DNA of 64,000 nt from Brevundimonas sp. Its GTDB lineage: Bacteria; Pseudomonadota; Alphaproteobacteria; Caulobacterales; Caulobacteraceae. Each line of letters starts with the position of its first letter. Within the stretch, counting starts at the first letter, position 1. Positions 48,025-58,525 of the stretch are shown piece after piece. A program made the translations under genes and the position numbers. The notes under the pieces were generated by a model that saw only the letters and a program-made list of their open reading frames with translations, was not told the origin of the DNA and searched no databases. The stretch covers positions 1,283-65,282 of the forward strand of contig JAUCCG010000069.1 of the NCBI GenBank assembly GCA_034676465.1, in the 5' to 3' direction.

Positions 48025-48915
48025 ATGCAACGCCCCTTCGTCAAGATGAACGGTGCCGGCAACGATTTCGTCGTCGTCAATGCGCTCGAGCTTCCGTTCA
48101 CCCCGACGGCGGCCCAGGTGCGCGCCATCGCCGACCGCGACAGCGGCCAGGGTTGCGACCAGCTGATCGCCATCGAGCCGTCCGACCGGACCGACGCCTT
48201 CATGCGGGTCTGGAACGCCGACGGCGGCGCGGTCGAGACCTGCGGCAACGCCCTGCGCTGCGTCGGCTGGCTGCTGATGCAGTCGACCGGCAAGGACCGC
48301 GTCACCATCGACACTCTCGGCGGACCGACCACGGCCTGGCGCGTTCCAGGCCCGGGCCGTGTCGGGTCGGGAGGTCCTGAAGGGCCGACGACCACGGCCC
48401 ACGTCAAGGTCGACATGGGCGCGCCGCGTCTGGACTGGACCGAAATCCCGCTCGAGGAGGCGATGGACACCCGGGGCATAGAGTTGCAGGTCGGCCCGAT
48501 CGACGCCCCCCTGCTGCACACGCCGGGGGCCGTCTCGATGGGCAATCCGCATGTGGTCTTCTTCACCGACCGCCAGGACGACGCCTTCGTCAGCGGCTCC
48601 GGCTCGCTGATCGAACACCATCCGCTGTTTCCCGAGGGGGTCAATGTCGGCTTCGCCCGTGTGCTGGCTCCCGACCGTATCCGTCTGAGGGTGTGGGAAC
48701 GCGGCGCCGGCCTGACCCGGGCCTGCGGCACCGGGGCCTGCGCCGCCCTGGTCGCGGCCGCCCGCCGGGGCCTGACCGGTCGCTCGGCCACCGTCGAGGT
48801 CGACGGCGGCACCTTGGCAATCGACTGGGACGAGACCACGGGTCATGTCTTCATGACCGGACCCGTCGAGATCGAACACACCGGCACCCTGACCCTCAAG
48901 GATGCCCCTGGGTAA
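48025..48915 (+). CDS. dapF: Diaminopimelate epimerase
   Basis: KMNGAGNDF; CGNALRC; MGNPH; ERGAGLTRACGTG. Confidence 0.95.
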   Translation: MQRPFVKMNGAGNDFVVVNALELPFTPTAAQVRAIADRDSGQGCDQLIAIEPSDRTDAFMRVWNADGGAVETCGNALRCVGWLLMQSTGKDRVTIDTLGGPTTAWRVPGPGRVGSGGPEGPTTTAHVKVDMGAPRLDWTEIPLEEAMDTRGIELQVGPIDAPLLHTPGAVSMGNPHVVFFTDRQDDAFVSGSGSLIEHHPLFPEGVNVGFARVLAPDRIRLRVWERGAGLTRACGTGACAALVAAARRGLTGRSATVEVDGGTLAIDWDETTGHVFMTGPVEIEHTGTLTLKDAPG

Positions 48916-48999
48916 AGAAATGCGACGGGGGCCCGGTTGTCGCCCCCCGTCGCCCGCTCTAGGAACAGATGACGCCCCCCGAGCCCCCGAAAGACGCTG

Positions 49000-51279
49000 A
49001 TGCCCGATCATACCGATAAGCAGACCTTCTCCGACGAGGACGCGCTGGATTTCCACCGCCATCCGACGCCGGGCAAGATCTCCATGGCCCCGACCAAGCC
49101 GATGGCGACCCAGCGCGATCTGTCGCTGGCCTATTCGCCGGGCGTCGCCATCCCCGTGCTGGCCATCGCCGAGGATGTCGACAAGGCCTATGACTATACG
49201 TCCAAGGGCAATCTGGTCGCCGTCATCTCCAACGGCACGGCCATCCTCGGTCTCGGTCACCTCGGTCACATGGCCTCCAAGCCGGTGATGGAGGGCAAAT
49301 GCGTGTTGTTCAAACGCTTCGCCGACGTCGACAGCTTCGACGTCGAGGTCAAGACCACCGACCCGGACGAATTCATCACCGTGGTCAAGAACATCGGCGA
49401 CACCTGGGGCGGCATCAATCTGGAGGACATCAAGTCCCCGGAATGTTTCGTGATCGAGAGCGCGCTGCAGGACCTGCTCGATATTCCGGTCTTCCACGAT
49501 GACCAGCACGGCACCGCCATCATCTCGACCGCGGGCCTGATCAACGCCTGCCACATCACCGGCCGCAAGCTGGAGGACGTCAAGGTCGTGCTGGCCGGGG
49601 CCGGGGCCGCCGGTCTCAGCTCGATCGGCCTGATGAAGGCCGCCGGCGTACGGGCCGAAAACACCGTCATCGTCGACCGTGACGGGGTCATCTACAAGGG
49701 CCGTGAAAACATCGACCAGTGGAAGGCGGCCCACGCCACCGACACGCCGCACCGCACATTGGCGGAAGCGATGGTCGGGGCCGACGTGGTGCTGGGTCTG
49801 TCGGCCAAGGGCGCGATCACCAAGGAGATGGTGGCCTCGATGGCCCCCAGACCGATCATCTTCGCCATGGCCAATCCGGATCCGGAGATCACGCCCGAGG
49901 ATGTGCTGTCGGTGCGTTCGGACGCGATCATGGCCACCGGCCGGTCGGACTATCCGAACCAGGTCAACAATGTGCTCGGCTTTCCCTACATCTTCCGGGG
50001 CGCGCTCGACGTGCGGGCGCGTCAGGTCAATCACGAGATGAAGATCGCCTGCGCCCAGGCCCTGGCCGCGCTGGCGCGCGAGGACGTGCCGGACGAGGTC
50101 GCCGCCGCCTATCGCGGCCGCAAGCTGAAATTCGGACCCGACTACATCATTCCGTCGCCGTTCGATCCGCGCCTGATCTGGTACATCCCGCCCTTCATCG
50201 CCCAGGCGGCGATGGACAGCGGCGTGGCCCGCAAGCCGATTGAGGACATGGACGCCTATCGCATCCAGCTGCGCCAACGCGTCGATCCGTCGGCCGCCCT
50301 GATGCAGAAGATCGCCTCGGCCGTGCGCGCGGAACCGAACAAGCGGATCGTCTTCGCCGAGGGTGAGGAACCGACCGTCATCCGCGCCGCCTGGGCCTTC
50401 AAACAGGCCGAACTGGGCAATCCGATCCTGGTGGGCCGCGAGGACCTGATCCGCCAGAACGCGACCGAGGCCGGGCTGAATTTCGACGAACTGGGCATCG
50501 AGATCGTCAATGCCCGCATCTCCGAAAAGAACACTCAGTACACGGACTTCCTGTACGGCAAGCTCCAGCGTCGCGGCTATCTGCGCCGCGACGTGCAGCG
50601 GATGATCAATCAGGACCGCAACTATTTCGCCGCCACCATGCTGGCCCAGGGCGACGCTGACGCGGTCGTCACCGGCACGACCCGCAATTTCAACATGGTG
50701 CTGAAGGAAGTCCGCCGCGTCCTCGACGTCACCTCGCGGCTCGTCGGCCTGTCGATCGTGCTGGCCAAGGGGCGCACCCTGTTCGTGGCCGACACCTCGA
50801 TCCATGAACTGCCGGACGCGATCGAACTGGCCGAGATCGCCATCCAGGCCGCCGCCACCGTGCGTCGCATGGGTCGCAGCCCGCGCGTGGCCTTCCTGTC
50901 CTATTCGACCTTCGGCGACCCTCCCGGGGATCGCGGCGAGATGATCCGCGAGGCCATCCGCATCCTCGACCAGCGCGGCGTCGATTTCGAATACGAGGGC
51001 GAGATGCCGGCCGAACTGGCGCTCGATCCCGAGGCGCGCTCGGCCTATCCGTTCATGCGCCTGTCCAAGGACGCCAACATCCTGGTCATGCCCGGCATCC
51101 ACTCGGCCTCGATCTCGACCCGTCTGGTCCAGGCCCTGGGCGGGGCCACGGTGATCGGGCCGCTGCTGGTCGGACTCGAGAAGTCGGTCCAGATCGTCTC
51201 GCTCGGCGCCTCGGTCAGCGAGATCATCACCGCCGCCACCTTCGCCGCCTATGAAGAGGGCGTCTCGGACGAAGGCTAG
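49000..51279 (+). CDS. maeB: NADP-malic enzyme with PTA-like domain
   Basis: LAYSPGVA; HDDQHGTA; GAGAAG; IVFAEGEE. Confidence 0.96.
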   Translation: MPDHTDKQTFSDEDALDFHRHPTPGKISMAPTKPMATQRDLSLAYSPGVAIPVLAIAEDVDKAYDYTSKGNLVAVISNGTAILGLGHLGHMASKPVMEGKCVLFKRFADVDSFDVEVKTTDPDEFITVVKNIGDTWGGINLEDIKSPECFVIESALQDLLDIPVFHDDQHGTAIISTAGLINACHITGRKLEDVKVVLAGAGAAGLSSIGLMKAAGVRAENTVIVDRDGVIYKGRENIDQWKAAHATDTPHRTLAEAMVGADVVLGLSAKGAITKEMVASMAPRPIIFAMANPDPEITPEDVLSVRSDAIMATGRSDYPNQVNNVLGFPYIFRGALDVRARQVNHEMKIACAQALAALAREDVPDEVAAAYRGRKLKFGPDYIIPSPFDPRLIWYIPPFIAQAAMDSGVARKPIEDMDAYRIQLRQRVDPSAALMQKIASAVRAEPNKRIVFAEGEEPTVIRAAWAFKQAELGNPILVGREDLIRQNATEAGLNFDELGIEIVNARISEKNTQYTDFLYGKLQRRGYLRRDVQRMINQDRNYFAATMLAQGDADAVVTGTTRNFNMVLKEVRRVLDVTSRLVGLSIVLAKGRTLFVADTSIHELPDAIELAEIAIQAAATVRRMGRSPRVAFLSYSTFGDPPGDRGEMIREAIRILDQRGVDFEYEGEMPAELALDPEARSAYPFMRLSKDANILVMPGIHSASISTRLVQALGGATVIGPLLVGLEKSVQIVSLGASVSEIITAATFAAYEEGVSDEG

Positions 51280-51324
51280 ACCGGTGTATCGCCGGCCGGG
51301 CGTCCCGGCCGGCGACCGCCCGGA

Positions 51325-52995
51325 TCAGCCGGCTTCGGCGGCCGCCTTGCGCTGGCCGGCCGCCAGCCGGATCCATTCCAGCACACAGAACACCACGGTC
51401 ACCCCGCCAAGGGCGGCCGCGAACACGAACACCCAGGCGAAGCCGTGCGTCTCGATCATCTCGCCCAGAGCGCCCCGGCCCAGGGTGCCGATCAGCAGGG
51501 CGAGCGAGGTAAAGACCGCGAACTGCACCGCCCCGAACATCTTGCTCGACAGCGCCGACAGATAGGCCACGAAGGCGGCTCCGGCGAAGCCGCCGGCGAT
51601 ATTTTCGCCGGCGATGGCCAGCATCAGCCGGGCCATGGGTTCACCGATGCCGAAACCGCTGAACAGGGCATAGAGGCCGGTCGATGCCATGAAACCGCCG
51701 ATCACCGGCGCGCCCATCGCCAGATCGGCGAACAGCAGATTGGTTGCGGCGGCCAGCACCGCCCCGATCACCAGCGACGCCATCCGCCCGATGACCAGCA
51801 GGGCCCAGCCGCCCAGACCGATGCCGAGGATGGTCATGACCACGCCGAAGGTCTTGGACGCCAGCGCCACCTCGGTCTTGGTGTGCCCGAGCGCGCCGCC
51901 GACGTCGCCCATATAGAAGGGATAGGCGAACGGACCCCAGACGCCGTCCGTGATCCGGTAGGTCAGGATCAGGCCGAGCACGATCAGCGCGCCCCAGCCC
52001 AGACGCCCCATCAGTTCGACCAGCGGGGCCAGGATGGCGTCGTACAGGGTCGTCACCAGCGGGCGGGCGTCGGTCGCGGGTGTGGGCTGACGACCCCGCC
52101 AGACCACGAAGCCGGCCAGGCCGCAGGGCAGCAGGACGGCGGCGGCGATGATCCACGGCCCCCAGTTGGCCGTGAACTCGGTCGCGCTGGGGGCCGGTGA
52201 GGTGTTCAGGGCCGTGACCATGAAGTTGACCAGCATGAAGGCGGCCCAGCCCCAGGCGGCGAGGGTGGCGATCAGGGCGAACAGTCGCAGTTTCGGCGAC
52301 CCCAGCCGTTCTTTCGCGATGGCCTGGGGCGGGGCCGGTTCCGGCTCGGGCGCGATGATCGTGCCCAGCAGGCCCAGCCCCATCAGCAGGCCGGCGATGG
52401 TGAAGGTCGCCGGCCAGCCGGCGACGTCGGCCAGCAGCAGGGCCCCGGCCCCGCCGACCAGGGCCGCGGTGCGGAAGCCGAACTGGTAGATGGTCGACAG
52501 CAGGTCGATCGGCGCACCCGGTCCGGCGACCTCGATGCGCCAGGTGTCGATGACGATGTCCTGGGTCGCCGAGGCAAAGGCCCCCAGCGCCGCCGCACCC
52601 GCCAGCAGGCCCAGGGTACCGCCCTCGGGGCTGGAGACGGCGATCACCAGCAGGGCCCCGCCGATGATCAGCTGGCACCCCAGCAGCCACGAGCGCCGCC
52701 GGCCCACCCGTCGTCCGATCACGGGCGGGAACAGGTTGACCAGCGGCGACCACAGGAATTTGAAGGCCGCGAACAGGCCGATCCACGACAATATGCCGAT
52801 GGTGGCGATCGACACACCGGCCTCACCCAGCCAGGCGTTGAGCGTGCCGATCAGCATGGTGAAGGGCAGACCCGCCGAGAAACCCAGCAACAGCATGGCC
52901 AGGGTGCGACGATCCCGGAAGGCGGCCTTCAGGACGGCCAGACCCTTGGGGGCGATATCCTGATCGGCCGTCTGGGCGTCGGGTGTCTCGGTCAT
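51325..52995 (-). CDS. ampG: AmpG-like MFS permease
   Basis: LLGFSAGLPF; KFLWSPLV; GRRRSW; SATQDIVIDTWRIE. Confidence 0.85.
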   Translation of the reverse strand: MTETPDAQTADQDIAPKGLAVLKAAFRDRRTLAMLLLGFSAGLPFTMLIGTLNAWLGEAGVSIATIGILSWIGLFAAFKFLWSPLVNLFPPVIGRRVGRRRSWLLGCQLIIGGALLVIAVSSPEGGTLGLLAGAAALGAFASATQDIVIDTWRIEVAGPGAPIDLLSTIYQFGFRTAALVGGAGALLLADVAGWPATFTIAGLLMGLGLLGTIIAPEPEPAPPQAIAKERLGSPKLRLFALIATLAAWGWAAFMLVNFMVTALNTSPAPSATEFTANWGPWIIAAAVLLPCGLAGFVVWRGRQPTPATDARPLVTTLYDAILAPLVELMGRLGWGALIVLGLILTYRITDGVWGPFAYPFYMGDVGGALGHTKTEVALASKTFGVVMTILGIGLGGWALLVIGRMASLVIGAVLAAATNLLFADLAMGAPVIGGFMASTGLYALFSGFGIGEPMARLMLAIAGENIAGGFAGAAFVAYLSALSSKMFGAVQFAVFTSLALLIGTLGRGALGEMIETHGFAWVFVFAAALGGVTVVFCVLEWIRLAAGQRKAAAEAG

Positions 52996-53030
52996 GCGGG
53001 TCGCGTCTTCCAGTCAGACGCCCCCGGCGT

Positions 53031-54581
53031 CTATTCGCCGACGACCTTGGCGCGCGTTGGCCCGTTCGTCCAGCGGGCGAGTGTCCGGCGCAGGCTCTCG
53101 GGGGCCAGAGGCTTGACCAGATGGTCGTCCATGCCGAACTCCAGACAGGCGCGGCGATCCTCGGCGAAGGCGTTGGCGGTCAGGGCCACGATCGGGGTGC
53201 CGTCGCCGCGCGCCCGGATCGCCCGGGTCGCGGCCGGGCCGTCCATGCCCGGCATCCGCATGTCCATGAACACCATGTCGTAGCGGGCCCGGGTCAGGGC
53301 GGCGACGGCCTCATGACCGTTGGCCGCGGTCTCGACGGCGCAGCCCTCGCGGCGCAGCAGGGTCGCGGCCAGCAGGGCCCCGACCGGATTGTCCTCGACC
53401 AGCAGCACCCGGGTGCCGGCGAAGCGAACGGGGGCCACCCGGTCGTCATCGGCCGACGGCGGGGGCGGCAATCCGGGGATCTGGGAGGTCGTGGGATTGG
53501 CCACGGCCAGCACCCGCTCGGCCAGCGAGGCGCGGCGCAACGGCTTGATCAGATAGCCGTGGAAGCCGGCGGTGCGGTAGCGGGCGATCAGATCCCGCTC
53601 CGACGGGCGCAGCAGGACGATGGCCCGCCCTTTTTCAGGCCGGGGCGCCAGGGAGTCTCCGGCCACGGCGGCGAGGGCGTGGTCGACCAGCACGATCGGC
53701 GCGGCCGGGTGAACCTTGCCGCCCGAGGCCTCGATCTGGTCGATCGCGGCCTGGCGGACCATGTCGTCGGGCGACAGCACGGCGACGCTGCGTCCCTCGA
53801 GCGGGCGACCGCGTTCGGGCAGATCGGTGGCGGCGGTGAAACAGGCCTCGAACCGGAAGCGCGAGCCCTTGCCCCGGCCGCGACTGCAGACCGACACCTT
53901 GCCGCCCATGGCGTCGGCCAGGCGCTTGACCACGGCCAGGCCCAGGCCCGCCCCGCCGAAGCGCGTGGCGTCCGAGGCGTCGACATGGCCGAACTCCTCG
54001 AAGATCCGTGCCCGCGCCTCGGGCGGAACGCCGGGCCCGGTGTCGTCGACGATGAAGGCCAGGCGCGGGCGGTTGCCGGCGCGCGGCACCCGTTCGACGG
54101 AGATGTGGACCCCGCCGGTCTCGGTGAATTTGACGGCGTTGCCGGCCAGGTTGAACAGCACCTGACGCAGACGGCCCTCGTCGGCCATCACATCGACCGC
54201 GTCGGCGGCCACCGACCAGACCAGTTCCAGCCCCTTGTCGTGGGCGCGCGGGCTCAGCAGTTCGGCGACACTGCGCACCAGGCTCTCGATATCGACCGGG
54301 GCGGAGTCGAACTCCAGCTTGCCGGCCTCCAGCCGGGCATAGTCCAGCAGGTCATTGACCAGGCCCAGCAGATGTTCGGCCGACTGGCGCGCGGCCTCGG
54401 CATAGGCACGCTGGGCCCCGTCCAGCCGGGTGCGGGTCAGCAGACCCAGCATGCCGATGACCCCGTTCAGCGGGGTGCGCATCTCATGACTCATCAGACG
54501 CAGGAACTGGTGCTCCGCCCCGTCGGGAGGATCGGGGGTGCCCGGGGGGACGGTTGCGATATTCTTCGCCGGTCGTGTCAT
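53031..54581 (-). CDS. shkA: Soluble hybrid histidine kinase, ShkA orthologue
   Basis: No TM or sensor domain; SHEMRTPLNG, CA domain, degenerate receiver, DDR linker (ADDDRV), then an intact receiver. Confidence 0.8.
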   Translation of the reverse strand: MTRPAKNIATVPPGTPDPPDGAEHQFLRLMSHEMRTPLNGVIGMLGLLTRTRLDGAQRAYAEAARQSAEHLLGLVNDLLDYARLEAGKLEFDSAPVDIESLVRSVAELLSPRAHDKGLELVWSVAADAVDVMADEGRLRQVLFNLAGNAVKFTETGGVHISVERVPRAGNRPRLAFIVDDTGPGVPPEARARIFEEFGHVDASDATRFGGAGLGLAVVKRLADAMGGKVSVCSRGRGKGSRFRFEACFTAATDLPERGRPLEGRSVAVLSPDDMVRQAAIDQIEASGGKVHPAAPIVLVDHALAAVAGDSLAPRPEKGRAIVLLRPSERDLIARYRTAGFHGYLIKPLRRASLAERVLAVANPTTSQIPGLPPPPSADDDRVAPVRFAGTRVLLVEDNPVGALLAATLLRREGCAVETAANGHEAVAALTRARYDMVFMDMRMPGMDGPAATRAIRARGDGTPIVALTANAFAEDRRACLEFGMDDHLVKPLAPESLRRTLARWTNGPTRAKVVGE

Positions 54582-54616
54582 CGTTGATCTCCGGGCGACA
54601 TCATGACGCACAACCG

Positions 54617-54631
54617 TTAAGGGAGGCTCAA
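54617..54631. promoter_or_regulatory. CtrA-box-like site upstream of shkA
   Basis: Minus strand TTGA-N7-TTAAC, one mismatch to consensus. Confidence 0.45.
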
Positions 54632-55314
54632 GGCGGGGCCCGGGCCGGAGCGGTCGACGGCACCCCGGATCCAGCCCACGGCACCGTGTCGCCGCCGCCG
54701 GGCCCGACCGCGGTGCGGCGGTGCACCAGCGCCTCGGCGATATGGCGGCGCACCACCCCCGTCGCCCCCTCCAGATCGGCGATGGTCCGCGCCAGCCGCA
54801 GGGTCCGCACCCAGCCCCGCGCGGTCAGTCCCCCGGCCTCGCCGGCCCGCATCAGCAGGGCCCGGCCGGGCGCATCGGGGGCGGCGAACCGGTCGAGGGT
54901 GTCGCCCGAGGCGCGGGCATTCAGGGCCTGATCGGGGGCCAGCCCCGCCGCCCGCGCCCGCTCATCCTGCAGGCCCCGGGCCACGGCGACCCGGGCCGCG
55001 GCCTCGGCCGTGCCCTCGGCGGGGGACGGCAGGGCCATGTCGGCGGCGGTCACCGGCGGCGTCTCGACCGTCAGGTCGATGCGGTCGAACATCGGACCGG
55101 AGATCCGGTTCTGATAGTCGCGCTGGCAACGCGGGGCCTTGCCGCACGCCCCGCGACCGCCGCCGCCGAGTCCGCAGCGACACGGGTTCATCGCCGCGAT
55201 CAGCTGGAACCGGGCCGGATAGCGGATATGGGCATTGGCCCGCGCCACCACGATCTCGCCGGTCTCCAGCGGCGCGCGCAGACTGTCCAGCGCCTGGGCG
55301 CTGTATTCCGGCAT
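54628..55314 (-). pseudogene. comM: comM/yifB 3' half, separated by IS1595
   Basis: LRAPLETG; FQLIAAMNPCRCG; ISGPMFDRID; ARTIADL. Confidence 0.92.
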
Positions 55315-55428
55315 TAGGTAGCAAACACACCAAATCCGGTGATGTTCCTCCCAATGCCAGAGCCCGCGAAAGGGGCACTGTATGAAGGTAATTTGCCTAG
55401 AGGCCCTGAAACCGGCGAGGGTGATCGG

Positions 55429-56232
55429 ATGGGGTTTTGGGGGTTCCAGCGACTGTGTCTCTGGCGGGCGGGGACGGACCTTCGTTCCTACGCCATCGAG
55501 CACGTCCGCGCGGCTGTGCTCGCCCTTGTGGCTTCGATCCCTACGCTTCCTCTCGCCGCAAACCTTGGGTCGAACATGACCCAGGAACTGTGGTCAATCA
55601 TCATTCAGAGTTTCATAGGCCCCGCTTTGGTGGTTGCCTTGGGGTTCGTCTGGTTTTGGGGCCGGGCACCCTTTGTGCTGTGGCGCGAGGCCAAGGGCAG
55701 CGCCGATCTGCCGTCCGCCTCTGGTGAGACGCCACCCGGCTCAACTGATCCCGTTCGGTTGGAGTTCGTCTGGCGCTCACCGGATAATCTGGATCAGAAC
55801 CTATACGCCACGGTTACGGCGGTGGATCGTGTCGCGGGCCTCGTCCTTATGGGGCGATACGCCACCGCAACCCACTACATGTCGGGTACGGCTGAATGGC
55901 TTTGGTCGCTACCCAGCCGCCTTTGGGAGGCGGACACGCTCGTTCCCGGCGAGACCGTATTGGGCATCATGCTGATGCGATCCCACGTCTCAAAGAATCC
56001 CGGCGATACCCTGCGCTTGCTCAAAGACATGAACTACGTAGCCCCGAAGGGCACCGATTGGGAGCAGGGCCTGATGCTGCTGCTTGAGGCCACTGCCCAC
56101 CACAGCGGCGGGGAGGCGACCGAGCGGATGGTCATCAACATTCGGCGGTCAGGCGATAGGCAGTTTATCGACCGGGTGGACGCCTCGACGTTAGCCGGTA
56201 TCGAGGATCACGGACGGCTCAGTCGAGCCTGA
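55429..56232 (+). CDS. IS cargo: hypothetical protein with N-terminal TM helices
   Basis: Open frame; two hydrophobic segments then a soluble domain; start uncertain. Confidence 0.6.
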   Translation: MGFWGFQRLCLWRAGTDLRSYAIEHVRAAVLALVASIPTLPLAANLGSNMTQELWSIIIQSFIGPALVVALGFVWFWGRAPFVLWREAKGSADLPSASGETPPGSTDPVRLEFVWRSPDNLDQNLYATVTAVDRVAGLVLMGRYATATHYMSGTAEWLWSLPSRLWEADTLVPGETVLGIMLMRSHVSKNPGDTLRLLKDMNYVAPKGTDWEQGLMLLLEATAHHSGGEATERMVINIRRSGDRQFIDRVDASTLAGIEDHGRLSRA

Positions 56233-56442
56233 CCTCCCGTGCCCCGATCGCCACAAGGCACTGGACAAAGAAGGCCGCTGTGAAGGTCCCTCGGGCGATC
56301 TTGTTGGCGAGATTCCGCTCGCTATCGGGCGTCCCCATAGCCGTTAGTTTTTCAGCCAGTTCGCGGTAACTGACGCCCCGGCGCTTCAGTTCAGCCTTGA
56401 GCATATTCTTGACGCGGGGGGCGTCCAAACGTCGTCAGCCAT
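56219..56442 (-). CDS. DUF6471-like small HTH protein (frameshift near the start)
   Basis: VKNMLKAELKRRGVSYRELAEKL...NLANKIARGTFTAAFFVQCLVAIG. Confidence 0.8.
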
Positions 56443-56549
56443 GGCAAATCCTCATAATCGATCGATTTGTCATCATATCCGATGTTTTCACCATTGACAA
56501 CGAGGCGAGAGTAACCCCACATTCGGTGACACAAACACCGGATATGATG

Positions 56550-57511
56550 ATGTCTCAGCATTTTCTCCTTTCAGCCGCCGCCCCCGGACCCTCTCGCTGG
56601 TCAAGGTCATGCGTATGTCGGACACGGAAGCGCGAGAGACCTTCAAGGCTATCCGTTGGGCCTCCACTGAGGGTGAGCCGGTCTGTGGCAAGTGCGGCTG
56701 CGTAGATGCCTACGAGATCGCCACGCGTCAGATCTTCAAGTGCAAGGGTTGCCTCGCTCAGTTCTCGGTTACGTCGGGAACGATCTTCGCCAGCCGCAAG
56801 CTTCCGATCAGGGACATCCTCGCCGCCATCGCTATCTTCGTGAACGGTGCGAAGGGTTACAGCGCCCTTCAACTGAGCCGCGATCTGGACGTGCAATATA
56901 AGACGGCCTTCGTGATGGCTCACAAGCTGCGCGAGGCCATCGCCATGTCGCGGTCGGCTGAAAAGCTGGACGGCGTCGTAGAGGTCGATGGGGCCTATTT
57001 CGGCGGCTATGTGAAGCCGTCCAACGAAAAGGCCAACCGTCGCGACCGTCGCCTGTCTGAGAACCAATCCGGCAAGCGCCAGGTCGTCATCGCCCTTCGC
57101 GACCGCGACGGTGACACCCGCTCATTCGTCGCCAAGCGCGAGGCCGAAGGCGTGGCGCTGGTCGCCGCTCATGTCGCGAACGACACCGTCGTTCACGCCG
57201 ACGAAGCCTCGCACTGGGATGCTCTGCACGCCCGGTTCGCCACGAAGCGGATCAATCACAGCGAGGCGTACTCGCTGGACGGCGCTTGCACCAATCAGGT
57301 CGAGTCGTTCTTCTCGCGCCTTCGTCGCGCTGAGATCGGCACTCACCACCACATCGCAGGCAAGTACCTCGCCGCCTATGCGTCGGAAATGGCGTGGCGC
57401 GAGGACAACCGTCGCGTCTCCAACGGTGGCCAGTTCGCTCAGGTCGCCGCTGCCGCTCTGGAAGCCCCGGTGTCGCGCCAGTGGAAGGGCTACTGGCAGC
57501 GGGCATCGTAA
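56550..57511 (+). CDS. IS1595 transposase (frameshift in a C-run near 56583)
   Basis: MSQHFLLSAAA; CGKCG..CKGC Zn ribbon; VEVDGAYFGG, HADEA, NQVESFF. Confidence 0.93.
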
Positions 57512-57642
57512 CGAACGCCGTTCGTCTGTGTGGCGGAGGGGACTCATCTGCGACAAAATCGGGGCCTCAATTCCTTTGCCCTGTCAATGTCTGATTGACA
57601 GCTTATATACCGTGGGTAGTTTGTGAGTTGGAGGCAGAAGTC

Positions 57643-57912
57643 ATGGCAAAATTCCCCGAAATGGTCCGCGTTGATTATAAGCGGAGCAAGCGTGCGGGAC
57701 TGTATGCGGCTGTCAGCGACGATCTTCCGGGGCTGATGGCGGTTGCTAACACCTTGGATGAGGTCGATCTCCGCATCCCTGCGGCGATCGCGCAAATCAT
57801 TGAAGCCCAGTACGGCGTGCGCGTTGAGGTCACACTCCGAGACGCGGACGGTGACGACGATGATTTCACATCGCTGAGCGAGTCTCGCTTCATGGAGCTT
57901 CGGGCCGCGTGA
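57643..57912 (+). CDS. HicB-like (N-terminal domain only) protein
   Basis: LYAAVSDDLPGLMAVANTLDEV; GGAGG RBS. Confidence 0.65.
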   Translation: MAKFPEMVRVDYKRSKRAGLYAAVSDDLPGLMAVANTLDEVDLRIPAAIAQIIEAQYGVRVEVTLRDADGDDDDFTSLSESRFMELRAA

Positions 57913-58113
57913 CTGTTGACGAGTTTTGGGAAGCCACTCGCGAGATGGGCCTTAAAAACCCTCAGCGTGGCAGCCCAGAACTCGACGGATATCGCCACCA
58001 ATCGTGACCGTCAGGTCTGCCAAAATCACAGACCCGGAGACCGGCTGACCCCCGAGCAACGCCTAGCGGTATGCGCGCTGCTAAGAATGAGGCACTGCCC
58101 CCTGAACGGGTAG
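57909..58113 (+). CDS. Small protein coupled to the HicB-like gene (frameshifted)
   Basis: GTGA overlap; MTVDEFWEATREMGLK...RLTPEQRLAVCALL. Confidence 0.45.
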
Positions 58114-58525
58114 CATCCACCGCCGGTTGACTTCGCCCTTGCCGGATATGAGCCCCTGAGCCTGTAGCGTCGTCAGGCAGGCCCCCACCCGCCTGCGGAT
58201 CATCACCGTCGTCCCGTGATCCGTCCTGACGCCCCCTGTCGGCAATCCACGCCTCAGCTATGTCCAGCGACGTGATCGGCCGTGACGCCTCTTTCAGCCG
58301 GTCCAGAACGAACCGCCTCATTTGGCCCTTCTTCGCCCGGTGCTTCGTGGCGTACCGCTGGATAGCCGCAGCCGTATCAGCCGCCGGGTCAAAGAGCCGG
58401 ATGCAGGCGTCTATGTGGTCGAGATCGCACGTGACCTTGCGGGCGTCGCGTTCCAAGTCCTTGCGCAGCTTCACTAGCTGGCGGCGCTTGGCCTGTAGGC
58501 CGGAGATCGTATTCGGGCGTTCCAT
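58081..58525 (-). CDS. IS1595-associated coiled-coil/HTH-like protein (frameshift near 58232)
   Basis: MERPNTISGLQAKR...DLDHIDACIRLFDP...IRRRVGACL. Confidence 0.65.

Noticed and set aside
47929-51102. 1057-aa minus-strand ORF
   Set aside because: Antisense shadow of dapF-maeB.
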